From a virus (Duplodnaviria > Heunggongvirae > Uroviricota > Caudoviricetes), in the IMG/VR virus record IMGVR_UViG_3300049638_000482: 64,000 nucleotides of DNA; one strand, 5' to 3'. The notes below the pieces were generated by a model. It searched no databases. It saw only the letters and a list, made by a program, of their open reading frames with translations, and had not been told where the DNA came from. Positions within the stretch are counted from its first letter, which is position 1; every line of letters begins with the position of its first letter. The position numbers and the translations under genes are program-made. Shown piece after piece: positions 12,401 through 19,657 of this stretch.

Positions 12401-13648
12401 GTCCGCGTTACCGATAAGAACTTCAACCCCAAGGGTATTAAGGTTGAAGGCGGTCAGGTCGGCGGCTGGGGTCAGGCCGGTGATGTGTGGACAACAGATG
12501 TGACAACCAACGGTGAGGGTGAGCACCAAGTCACCATCTCCGCCGTTGACAAGGTCAACAATGTATCCGACCAGTATCAGTCTGACAAGTATATTCAAGA
12601 CACCATCAAGCCTGAGATTACCATCAACGGCATAACCAATGGTGCCAGCTACTCCAGCGATACTATTCAGTATAATACTGGTGTGTCCGACGAGAACATC
12701 GATGGCAAGGTGTCTTACTCCGCCATCGTGAGCAACTCCGGTAAAGAGTCCGTAGTCGGTGGTAAGCAGGGTATTCCCGAAGGTACTAAGTCAGTCAATT
12801 ACGGCGATATCCAAATCGGGAAGGGTCAAGACCACGACGGGTATTACCAAATCAAGGTTCACGCCGAGGATTTGGCTGGCAACATCTCCGATAAGGTTAT
12901 TTCCTTCACTGTGAACCGTTACGGTGGTCAGTACGATTACCTTACCAAGGATTATAATGGCAAGTATCTGCACGAGGTCGGTGACATCTCATTGTCTGAG
13001 GTCTCTTATGATAGGCTTGATCCCTCCAAGGCCAAGATAATCGTCACGAGGAATGGTCTCCAGATGGATGTTCCCAGCCAAGATATCAGCATCAAGGAGT
13101 CCCGCGCTGGCGATGATAAGCCTTGGCAGTATGATTACTCAGTCAGCGGTGCTGTTTTCAAGGACGATGGTGTGTATCGTATTCAGGTGTTCAGCTTCAC
13201 TACTTCAGGGCGTGGCAATACGTCTGCAAGCATTGATTACACCTTCATCATTGATAACACCTCGCCATCGGTCGCCATCGAGGGTATTAACAGCGGCGAG
13301 GACATTTACTCCAGCAAGTCCATCCCGGTGTCCATCATTACACGTGATGAATACGGTTTGTCTGAGGGTAGCTATAGTACCTCTCAGGGCGACAGTGGCA
13401 TCATCAATAATGGTACTGCGGTGACTAGCATTTCGGCTGGTCGCAACATTACCGTGGCGACCAAGGCAGTTGATATGGCTGGCAACAATAACCAGTTCGC
13501 TGTGACAGGCATCAATGTGTACGGCTCCCGTATTCAGCGTTACTCGCCGTACATGCTTGGTGCTTTGGTGATGGTCAGTGTGGCTGTTGGTGGCGTGATG
13601 TATGGTCGCCGCAGCCGCAACGACAAGCTGCTGAGCAGAATCAAGTAA
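6494..13648 (+). CDS. giant (2,384 aa) secreted surface protein with many bacterial Ig-like domains and a C-terminal TM anchor
   Basis: Signal peptide MKLFRSLAAGITAMALMAVPTMGAYA. Ser/Pro/Thr-rich and DSQ-repeat linker. About 9 repeats each ending in a conserved (D/K)(N/L)xGN motif (VADNVGNLSQ, AKDNLGNAS, AFDNVGNGRD, AVDNVGNQGQ...) typical of Ig-like/Big domains. C-terminal hydrophobic helix + RRSRNDK tail, no LPxTG. Strong terminator follows. Confidence 0.85.
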   Translation: MKLFRSLAAGITAMALMAVPTMGAYAVQESESPSPSPTQTTESPSPTPTQTTELPSNSDNSKTTTVEAKEFTGFFDKVTMQPGNSYKDAQNHRFFVKDGESARFSVSQDDSQVNQQGDSQSDSQGDQQDASQGDQPGISKDDSKSSSQGDPKSASQGDSKSTLTPHIDKVISGDNGVQSYQAVLPIDEGGTPVYSLDAGEYKAYQTEGETSSSVDVASIANIPSFEVKTDGTAPEVMDNQSQDVKDGTQSVDKGYSISASRFAFNDADSGINANSVTLKVTKAGSEEQSWAFDKPFDEGMYSVSVQVADNVGNLSQPYTFNLKVSDTASAYNAVTLKSGDGVYFQNEKPSKDAQVFVKPGAHLGVSVASGYSIDFNGQNNLTGDAVLNIPTSGTDSLPVTIKSDDGSTTAQFVVSLDDVAPTIDMDAVESQHFGAEYAFRRDAIKVTDGKSGIHANASESVKISVDGSEVSGDTVTLSQGVHKVDVSAKDNLGNASSMSKTVTVVDKASFSSKVEQSVDTSYYKGADGVIWYNGRTPLKIQVADGYSIYKKQSVDGQFAKVSDNIVSVADADSGEVYIGFDALDGHQTEDTLHKLTFKKDADAPTREGGQLGIKDILVSDYTEKNGVYKNGAMLKKQSDLGYSDKNGVGLNFDASYISTNNKTQIPLKDAATQVLPEGDNTVNIVFVDYLGNTAKSTYNLRVSSDSKMSVSGVFDQKDGFISTGQVLYRKSDGAYPTFTYTVQSDSGLKNATANTDVIKVTADGNTVHVEFLKDGSASFTVTNNFGASEVVQVCGDTVQGSGEWSSVKTAQAFSSGNVSVEGKNSYANGGKRWYANKKSFAQGINITLTDSPSTNAPIDVSRTAELGIFVNGQHVKGKLIDGASKMIGLADDAELADGTDYTVSVEVYDMLGQKTKLSDLGGSVYHIDSEAPKAVNENIKSIFANENAAIVQGQTGYYAEANNVSLKSAEELKALVTDTESGVNRVEVYSNGSEVSSFASGANEVVVKAFDNVGNGRDIYTFSLTIGEDKVDTSTFSAGLQTDKSKVQAYDGNLYYNLENGRPVFTVKFARPATGIKGITLSSNLEVVGSVDYATATEVTVKNIADGVMTIALVNNLGVSSDTYTIKGDDWSGVKTVDLNKFSVEENQGSGDLGTPFKKDSIWYYQSLHGDAGRSFEGLFGYSVSTGESNLPLGSEGNGVTATINGTGVAVKVEGGKVQYADDKVAEPENNTKLALTVKLIDTLGNSKEFTAQGDYRVDSNAPTFNEADKTALLKSVLQKSDYVYVTPSKDATYIREDENAVKSSLINLASDSDSGIRAVKLFTDGKEPANAGEESNVADSLPKGESTLGIVAFDNVGNKTVVDFGKIVVTMDTISSDDVSGMPVAGRKYYSSNGNLFYNVSEGLPEFRMSLTKKPASGIGKIESAEAEVVDINKEESSFTLRAKGDGKLSVNITNGLGVTTTVEISGKNSHISGVMGDNTWESVKTPTGEVGEVGVNATPKGSIFATGKQAEDAVRFEFSLKEGENAPVDPESTEVLINGKEVASKISGESGDTWKSAKLLTGDIADDDHVFNGQIRIHDVVGNVFPPKGIDGVAFYVDNKSPEITGIKVSGGSTSSPDKPGKYTQIFNTEGTYTITADDGSEEWSSGINTIHYKLVNSDGSTVEEKTVSTADAGNTAVKGAKSIEVKTSNHFRGYLTDVYAVDNVGNQGQKGIDSEGIITEGVTLDGDQGIGIDLPGTPYHDASGNPLYSGDVKIGVKSRMSWSGFGDAGVSVNGKELSHWSSNAFSQFIDSVFGVITGDVRGEATYGTEGNNQQIVATATDKAGKTITTDMLNGRKALFSIDKTAPKISVTWNDTNPDNLYGKPRVATVTISDVNVSTDGSVVKAVDGDFSGWKKVSDTEIQGTVTFGRDTQNAELIVDSADLANNKAGQYHSEKFFIDTTKPVLSVTSSGNPKNGKYYNTNRVFTVRVTDKNFNPKGIKVEGGQVGGWGQAGDVWTTDVTTNGEGEHQVTISAVDKVNNVSDQYQSDKYIQDTIKPEITINGITNGASYSSDTIQYNTGVSDENIDGKVSYSAIVSNSGKESVVGGKQGIPEGTKSVNYGDIQIGKGQDHDGYYQIKVHAEDLAGNISDKVISFTVNRYGGQYDYLTKDYNGKYLHEVGDISLSEVSYDRLDPSKAKIIVTRNGLQMDVPSQDISIKESRAGDDKPWQYDYSVSGAVFKDDGVYRIQVFSFTTSGRGNTSASIDYTFIIDNTSPSVAIEGINSGEDIYSSKSIPVSIITRDEYGLSEGSYSTSQGDSGIINNGTAVTSISAGRNITVATKAVDMAGNNNQFAVTGINVYGSRIQRYSPYMLGALVMVSVAVGGVMYGRRSRNDKLLSRIK

Positions 13649-13688
13649 AAGTAGTTAGGGGAGGAGGGTAAGAAGGGTTAGGGAGCCA

Positions 13689-13730
13689 AAGAGGCGGGCG
13701 TCAATTTTCAAAGGCGCCCGCCTCTTGGTT
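13689..13730 (+). terminator. Rho-independent terminator after giant surface-protein gene
   Basis: Perfect 12-bp inverted repeat aagaggcgggcg / cgcccgcctctt with a 14-nt loop, followed by ggtttaat. Confidence 0.65.
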
Positions 13731-13774
13731 TAATGTGTGCTAAAGTAGTAGTATTGGTCGTTAAGGAGGTATGC

Positions 13775-14170
13775 ATGTCCAATTTGGTTAGGATTGCGGA
13801 TCTGTCCAAGGCTTATGAGGCCCGTGGGTATTCGCACGCTAGTGCTGTTTCTGCGCAGAGGGTTGCCAACGCTCTAGCATCTTTTATGGGCGCAATGAAT
13901 ACTGTGTGTCCGCTGAGGGGCTGGAGCCTCGAAGCATTCATGCACCCCGCGGGTATTCATTACATTGCGCGGATTGATTGCAATGGTAGGGTTGCCGCAG
14001 CTACAGTGTCTGCCAGGGGCAGGGGCGATAATGTTTCATCCTTGAATGCTATCCTTGAAGAGGTTTACAAGAAGTTTTCACAGGTAATGTTCAACCTACC
14101 TCCCTATCCTATGATTTGTAGCAATATGAATATGAATGCTACCTCGCCCTATCAGGTTCTGCTGTCGTAG
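13775..14170 (+). CDS. hypothetical protein
   Basis: ATG at 13775 preceded by RBS taaggagg at 13762-13769. 131 aa, no recognisable motif. Confidence 0.5.
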   Translation: MSNLVRIADLSKAYEARGYSHASAVSAQRVANALASFMGAMNTVCPLRGWSLEAFMHPAGIHYIARIDCNGRVAAATVSARGRGDNVSSLNAILEEVYKKFSQVMFNLPPYPMICSNMNMNATSPYQVLLS

Positions 14171-14293
14171 TGGGATAATGGACTAAGGGGGCTACACTGT
14201 GAGCCCAGCCGGGTATTCCTAAAGGAGCGCCCTCAGGGGCATTCCACCGATTTGTAATACGTTTTGAAACTAGTTAAACCATCAGAAAGGGTT

Positions 14294-14629
14294 ATGGTAA
14301 TGAATATTAGACGCTCATATGTCAGGGCTTGCGCTGGTCTTCCAGTGGTGCTTCTGCTTCTGGCAATTCTTGGCTTTTTGGCTAACATCAAGGTAAATAT
14401 GGGAGTCATGTCTATTGGCCTCATTGCGGTTGTGGTGATGTGGGTCAGCATCGACATGCTCACCCAGGGTATTAACGTCGAAGAGCGTAAGAAGAGTGCT
14501 CCAGCGCCTTTCTTCAACAAGGCTAAGGACTCAAAAGTCTCAGATTCGAATGATGATACCGTGGACGCTACGCAGGTTCTTCCTGAGAGCAGGCTTGATG
14601 ATTTTTCTTATGATGGAGATGTTGCCTAA
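14294..14629 (+). CDS. small membrane protein (2 TM helices)
   Basis: Two hydrophobic helices (LPVVLLLLAILGFLA; IGLIAVVVMWVSI). Start uncertain: TTG at 14264, or ATG at 14294 or 14300. Confidence 0.5.
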   Translation: MVMNIRRSYVRACAGLPVVLLLLAILGFLANIKVNMGVMSIGLIAVVVMWVSIDMLTQGINVEERKKSAPAPFFNKAKDSKVSDSNDDTVDATQVLPESRLDDFSYDGDVA

Positions 14630-15747
14630 TGAGTACTAGTACTGAGACTCGCCTCCTTCTGGTTGATGTTTCGCACATCGCATTCAATTTCTGGTCTGTG
14701 CAGCAGCAGATGACTTGGAACGTCAGTACTGATGTTATCAATTCTTGGTGTGACCAGTGGTACAATAGCACTGGAGACAGCAGCTATCTGAAACTTAAGT
14801 ACCCCGTTACCGCTGGTTCGACCGTTTTGGAGGATACACGAATCCCATCGGGTATTACTAAGAATATCTGGCGTTGGTCTAATTACGGCAAGAACGTGGT
14901 AATCCCGTGTTTCGATAGACCGTGTGGCTCCCGAAAGGCATTCCTTCAAGGCACCTTCCAAGTGAACTACAAAGAGGGTCGATCCCATAACTATGGCATC
15001 CGTAAGGGCTTGGAAAATGCAGAAAGAATTCTCCGTTTGGGTGGAGTTCCCGTGCTTGCGCAGGACAACTATGAGGCGGATGACCTTATTTCGGCGTGTG
15101 TGACCGCGTTCTACGATAAGTTCGATAAAATCGATGTTATCACTGGAGATTTCGACCTGCTTCCATTGGTTGATGATAAGGTGAGTGTCTTCCTCCGTTG
15201 CAGGAAAGACACCTACGCTGAGGAAGCTTACCTCAAGAAGAACAAATACGTTCAGATTACTCCTAACTCCTATGGTGACATCGGCTTCCATTGGACGAAG
15301 TGCAGCAAAGTCGAGTTGCCGTACAATTCCATTCTTCTTCAAAAGATGCTTCAAGGCGACGAATCCGATGCCATCCCGGGTATTATGAAGGAAACGTCCA
15401 CTGGACGGCTCATGCGCAAGTATCCTGATAAGAAGTACAATGAACTTGTCAACCAAATGGAGGCTGACGGCGTTGATTTTGGTAGTGTGTTCCGATATGA
15501 TACTCTGCCTACCTTCAGCAAGTCCAAGATGGAGGAAGTGCTGAGCGAATACCTTACAGAAGAGGACGTTGCCCATGCTCTGGGTCTGTGGCACGCCATG
15601 GATCTCAACAGTGCTTACTCCGTGGAGGACGTAGGCATTAACAACGGTTCCCTTGCCAGGGGTCGTTTCCAAGTGGCTGGTAATCCCGTCACGCCGGGCG
15701 ACGGTCTTGTTAGGGTCGCTCTGCAGTATGGAATTCACCTAGGTTAA
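14629..15747 (+). CDS. 5'-3' exonuclease / flap endonuclease (FEN, PIN-like + H3TH domain)
   Basis: Motifs LLVDVSHIAFNFW (N-terminal PIN), NYEADDLIS (cf. YEADDVIATLA of Pol I 5'-exo), ITGDFDLLPLVDD (cf. TGDKDLLQLV), IPGIMKETSTGRLM (H3TH). The minus-strand ORF 14626-15738 is its shadow. Confidence 0.75.
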   Translation: MSTSTETRLLLVDVSHIAFNFWSVQQQMTWNVSTDVINSWCDQWYNSTGDSSYLKLKYPVTAGSTVLEDTRIPSGITKNIWRWSNYGKNVVIPCFDRPCGSRKAFLQGTFQVNYKEGRSHNYGIRKGLENAERILRLGGVPVLAQDNYEADDLISACVTAFYDKFDKIDVITGDFDLLPLVDDKVSVFLRCRKDTYAEEAYLKKNKYVQITPNSYGDIGFHWTKCSKVELPYNSILLQKMLQGDESDAIPGIMKETSTGRLMRKYPDKKYNELVNQMEADGVDFGSVFRYDTLPTFSKSKMEEVLSEYLTEEDVAHALGLWHAMDLNSAYSVEDVGINNGSLARGRFQVAGNPVTPGDGLVRVALQYGIHLG

Positions 15748-15758
15748 GGACGTTTATT

Positions 15759-15992
15759 ATGAGTGGAATTGTCAAGAGTATTATTGCCATTGTCATCTTC
15801 GGTCTTTTGATTGCTCTGGTTGCCTTTGTGCAGCGCCGTAGCAAGGCGGCTGATGAGGTTGCTGAGGATGACCCCAATGAGAACGAGGGCAGCGATACTA
15901 CTTCCAACGTTCAGTATTGGATTGGCTACGGCGTTTTCGGCGTGCTGGAGTTTTTCGCCATCATGTCTCTTATCGCTCAGCTCCGAGGCTAA
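15759..15992 (+). CDS. small membrane protein
   Basis: One N-terminal and one C-terminal hydrophobic helix around an acidic stretch. Confidence 0.5.
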   Translation: MSGIVKSIIAIVIFGLLIALVAFVQRRSKAADEVAEDDPNENEGSDTTSNVQYWIGYGVFGVLEFFAIMSLIAQLRG

Positions 15993-16069
15993 GGGTATTA
16001 TCCCGCTAAGCGCATTGCCTCTTTGGTAGGCAGTGCGCTTATTTTATAAATTGCATGGCGGTGTAGGGA

Positions 16070-16714
16070 ATGACCGGAACTGAGTTGTTTTTGACGATAT
16101 CATTGGTTGGTTTGGCATTTATCATTCCAGCCATTATTGGGAGCATCGGGCTGGATGTTCTTGATTTGGGGATGGGTCAAGGCGATTTGACCATGGTATT
16201 CGTTGGATTGGGTTCAGGCGCAGCTATTGGTGGTGCTTCAGCATTGATAGCGTTGCATACATTCCATACAAGCATGACGGCAGCATGGTTTACGTTTTTC
16301 CTCATCGCCGTCACATTAGCAGTCTTGGTGTTTATGGTCGGAATGAATTTGAAAAAGGCAAGTTCAGGAGCAGGCGACGCCATCACATTGGATTCTTTGA
16401 AAGGGCATGAGTACCCGCTTCGCCATTCAGTTAAAGAAGGATCGCTTGGAGAGCTTTACATAGATGATTGCAGTTCCGTCCCGTTTACAGTCTGGTTTCG
16501 CGCTAAAGAATCAGCGAGTGCTGGAGCCACCGTGCGGGTATTGGGCGCTTCTCAGGAATCCCCCAAGCAGGTCGAAGCTGAAATAGTACATGATACGTAC
16601 ACAGTCTTCATTCCAACAGTAAACACTGTAAAGCATACATCTTCGGACCAATGCCACCTCGGGTATTCGTCGCACGGCGATGTTAATGCATGCAAGACCA
16701 TCGAAAACAAGTAG
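16070..16714 (+). CDS. NfeD-like membrane protein (partner of SPFH/flotillin)
   Basis: Multi-TM N-terminus plus C-terminal soluble beta-rich domain. Sits immediately upstream of a flotillin gene, the canonical NfeD-SPFH operon arrangement. Confidence 0.5.
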   Translation: MTGTELFLTISLVGLAFIIPAIIGSIGLDVLDLGMGQGDLTMVFVGLGSGAAIGGASALIALHTFHTSMTAAWFTFFLIAVTLAVLVFMVGMNLKKASSGAGDAITLDSLKGHEYPLRHSVKEGSLGELYIDDCSSVPFTVWFRAKESASAGATVRVLGASQESPKQVEAEIVHDTYTVFIPTVNTVKHTSSDQCHLGYSSHGDVNACKTIENK

Positions 16715-16725
16715 AAAGAGTTATA

Positions 16726-18084
16726 ATGTTTGATACGATTATTCCCATTATCATTATTGTTGTCGCGGTAATAGCGGTAATCGCGTTTTTAGCAAGCCGC
16801 TATGTGGTCCCAGAAGCCGGTGAGGCTATTGTCATATCTGGTTCCGAAGTAAAGGAAGGCAGCAAGGGGTCAAGGAATAAGGTTCTCACCCAGCGTGGCG
16901 CGTTCGTCATTCCCATCATCCAGAGAATGGTGCGGATTTCATTGAAGTCCCGCCAGGTTACAGTTGATTGCGATGCCTACTCGCAGGATAAGATTACCTT
17001 GCACCTTCAGGTCGTTGCTACATACAAGGTCGGCTCCACCGCAGCTCAGATTTGCGAAGCTTCAGAGCGTTTCGCGGAAGTCAAGTCTGATGTTGTGAAC
17101 GGTCAGATTCAGAACATCATCGAAGGTGCCATGCGTGAAATCGTCGGTGAAATGACCGTTGTTGATTTGATTGGCGACCGTCAGAAGTTCCGCGATTCGC
17201 TTATGAATGTCATCAATGACTCGCTATCCAAGATGGGTCTTGATTTGGATAATCTGTCAATCAAGGAAATCAGCGATTCCAACGGATATATCAGGAACCT
17301 TGGTCGCCCGCAGGAGTCTGAGGTCGCCCGCGAGGCCGATGTAGCCGAGGCTGAGAACGCCCGCCAGTCCGCAGAGGCGAAGATAGCCGCTCAGCTTGCC
17401 ATCGAGCAGAAGAACAAGGACTTCAAGATTCAGAAGGCTCAGATTGACGAGGAAGTCGCCAAGCAGCAGGCCGTCGCTGATTCCGCTAAGACAATTGCTG
17501 ATGCTCAACAGCAGCAGCTCGTCCAGAAGGAAGAGCAGAAGGTCGAAGTTGCTACTGTCGAAGTCACCCGTGCTAAGCTGACAGGCGATGTGAATGCGAA
17601 GGCCGATGCTGACAAGTATCGCAGGACGGTCGAAGCCCAGGCTGATGCAGCCGCCCGAGCGGAAGTAGCAAAGGGTGAGGCAGAAGCCCGTAGGATTCAA
17701 GCCGAAGCCGATGCAGCCGCGAAGAAAGTCCAAGCGGAAGCCGATGCGGAAGTCACACGCCAGACCCAGCAAGCAGCGGCAGACGGGTATTTGGCGAACG
17801 AGACCGCCAAGGCACAGGCAATCAAGTTGAACGGTCAGGCTGAGGCTGAGGCTATCCAAGCCAAGGGTTCCGCAGAGGCAGAAGCCATGCGTAAGAAGGC
17901 AACAGCTTATGAGCTGTTGGTCAGGCCGCTCTCGCCAGTGAAATTATCAAGATTCTTCCTTCCATTGCCGAATATATTGCTAAGCCTTTGGCTTCGGCTA
18001 AGTTCACCGCCATTAACGCCGATGCGAATGACCAGATTACGTCTCTTACATCTAGTGTGGCTTCCAAGGTTCCAGAGACGATAA
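16726..18084 (+). CDS. SPFH/band-7 flotillin-like protein (FloT/YqiK family), N-terminal and coiled-coil part; frame breaks near 17913
   Basis: N-terminal TM helix, an SPFH domain, then a long E/A/Q-rich coiled coil (AEAENARQSAEAKIAAQLAIEQK...). After KKATAYE the predicted tail is out-of-frame junk. Confidence 0.75.
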   Translation: MFDTIIPIIIIVVAVIAVIAFLASRYVVPEAGEAIVISGSEVKEGSKGSRNKVLTQRGAFVIPIIQRMVRISLKSRQVTVDCDAYSQDKITLHLQVVATYKVGSTAAQICEASERFAEVKSDVVNGQIQNIIEGAMREIVGEMTVVDLIGDRQKFRDSLMNVINDSLSKMGLDLDNLSIKEISDSNGYIRNLGRPQESEVAREADVAEAENARQSAEAKIAAQLAIEQKNKDFKIQKAQIDEEVAKQQAVADSAKTIADAQQQQLVQKEEQKVEVATVEVTRAKLTGDVNAKADADKYRRTVEAQADAAARAEVAKGEAEARRIQAEADAAAKKVQAEADAEVTRQTQQAAADGYLANETAKAQAIKLNGQAEAEAIQAKGSAEAEAMRKKATAYELLVRPLSPVKLSRFFLPLPNILLSLWLRLSSPPLTPMRMTRLRLLHLVWLPRFQRR

Positions 18085-18311
18085 CCGCCCTCACGGGTAT
18101 TGACTTGGTCAAGACCCTGAAAGGCTTCCAGAAGGACGGCTTCAACGTAAACACCAGCGAGGGAGAAGGCGTAGGAGAGGACGAAGGTGAAGGAGCAGGT
18201 TCGGTCGCAGTTGATTCGCAGTCGGCTAACGAAGACGATTCGCAGCCGGCTGCCGAAGGAGATTCGCAGTCTGCATCAGAAGGCTCAGAGTCCATTGAAG
18301 ATAAGGAGTAG
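17913..18311 (+). CDS. flotillin C-terminal segment, continues the previous gene after a -1 frameshift
   Basis: Frame-0 translation AVGQAALASEIIKILPSIAEYIAKPLASAKFTAINADANDQ...ALTGIDLVKTLKG matches the conserved flotillin C-terminus, then an acidic DSQ-rich tail. Frame 0 is closed upstream by TGA at 17910. Confidence 0.65.
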   Translation, partial: AVGQAALASEIIKILPSIAEYIAKPLASAKFTAINADANDQITSLTSSVASKVPETITALTGIDLVKTLKGFQKDGFNVNTSEGEGVGEDEGEGAGSVAVDSQSANEDDSQPAAEGDSQSASEGSESIEDKE

Positions 18312-18313
18312 TC

Positions 18314-19231
18314 ATGCCATTAACATCATCTGATGAGCTCACCGCAAAGGAATACAAGAGGTACTGCAAAGCTGCAAGGGCGCAGAACCAGTATAACGTC
18401 TCGGATAACTACCCTCTTCCCGACATGGGCACCGACCCTATGATTGAGAGGAAGGACGTCCGGGCAATCTACGAAGTCCAGGGTATTGAGGACGAGTACT
18501 TCTCTCAGCTGAATGGCACCAGGGTGTACGGCTGGTATTGGAAAGGAATTTCTGGCAGCCCCACTAATCTTGTCCGCCGCCAGCGTGATAAGTTCGAGCG
18601 CGAGCAGAAGGATGATGCTGGTCGTACAGTACTTGAGAGGGTGCCTAAACCAGCGCAAGATTCGGTTGGCGTGCTCAGTGATGTAAACATCGAGCTCCCC
18701 TACGGGTATTCAGCCCCTGAGGGCAGTGGTTTTGGGTTCGCGGATAGCTGGACTGATTCAGGCAATACCGAGTATGCGTATTACATCCCAAGCAAGTACC
18801 TCTATGAAGTCAATCTAACCTCTTTGGTGGTTGCCCCTGTAAGTGGTCAGGGTGGTGGCTACGGAACCATCAATGTTTATCAAGGTCAGGTCTTCCAGAC
18901 GTGGGAGTTCGGAAAGGTGCTCATTGGTATCACGCCATATAAGAAGCCGTTGAAGGCTTTGACAGATGATAGCAGGGATGTAACCCACCGTCGCAACCGC
19001 ATACGCATTGTGGGTATTAAAGTCGGAGCGGATTGGTCTCAAGAGTATCAAAGTCTGTTGCAGTACTTGCTCCATGAGGGCTTTCTCCCTGACTATACCA
19101 AGCTCCAGGGTATTCAAGACATTGATACGGTTGCGGAATATCAAACAATGACGGAATCCTACACCGAGGTCGATTACATGTCCTTGGCTGATAGGAAGCG
19201 CTTGGAGACAGGTGATTTTTCGGAAGAGTAG
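18314..19231 (+). CDS. hypothetical protein
   Basis: 305-aa ORF with RBS gataaggag. No recognisable motif. Confidence 0.6.
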   Translation: MPLTSSDELTAKEYKRYCKAARAQNQYNVSDNYPLPDMGTDPMIERKDVRAIYEVQGIEDEYFSQLNGTRVYGWYWKGISGSPTNLVRRQRDKFEREQKDDAGRTVLERVPKPAQDSVGVLSDVNIELPYGYSAPEGSGFGFADSWTDSGNTEYAYYIPSKYLYEVNLTSLVVAPVSGQGGGYGTINVYQGQVFQTWEFGKVLIGITPYKKPLKALTDDSRDVTHRRNRIRIVGIKVGADWSQEYQSLLQYLLHEGFLPDYTKLQGIQDIDTVAEYQTMTESYTEVDYMSLADRKRLETGDFSEE

Positions 19232-19321
19232 CACCAGTCCGCTTGCTTGGATCGAAATAATGTGGTATACTTAATAAGTTAGAAAAGCTGGGAGTTAGGG
19301 AGCAGGAGCACGGAGTCGCGG

Positions 19322-19639
19322 ATGTTGTACCTCAAAGCCGGTCAAAGGCACTATCTGTATGATAAGGACACCAAGACTATCGACGTGTTTGATATGTTTG
19401 GTAACTTCCTTCATCGTGGCTTGGACCAGTATGACCCCAAGATTATCATTGTCAAGAGGTTCGTTCCTGTGGTTCTCAAGGCAAGTCTAAGGACCGCTGG
19501 CAGCAACTACGAGGAGAGGCTTGATACTCAGGGCAATCATAATCTGGGTAACTGTATGGCTGTGCTCTATCATCGATATAATATTGATGGTGTCCGTGGT
19601 CAGCTCATTATCAGTGTCTACGCCATAAACGATAGGTAG
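19322..19639 (+). CDS. hypothetical protein
   Basis: 105-aa ORF co-oriented with neighbours. Confidence 0.45.
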   Translation: MLYLKAGQRHYLYDKDTKTIDVFDMFGNFLHRGLDQYDPKIIIVKRFVPVVLKASLRTAGSNYEERLDTQGNHNLGNCMAVLYHRYNIDGVRGQLIISVYAINDR

Positions 19640-19657
19640 AGAAGGAGTTGGAGCGTA

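Noticed and set aside
17895-17930. Programmed -1 ribosomal frameshift in the flotillin gene
   Set aside because: No X XXY YYZ slippery heptamer and no obvious downstream pseudoknot at the junction (gcttatgagctgttgg). A mutation or indel error is the simpler explanation.
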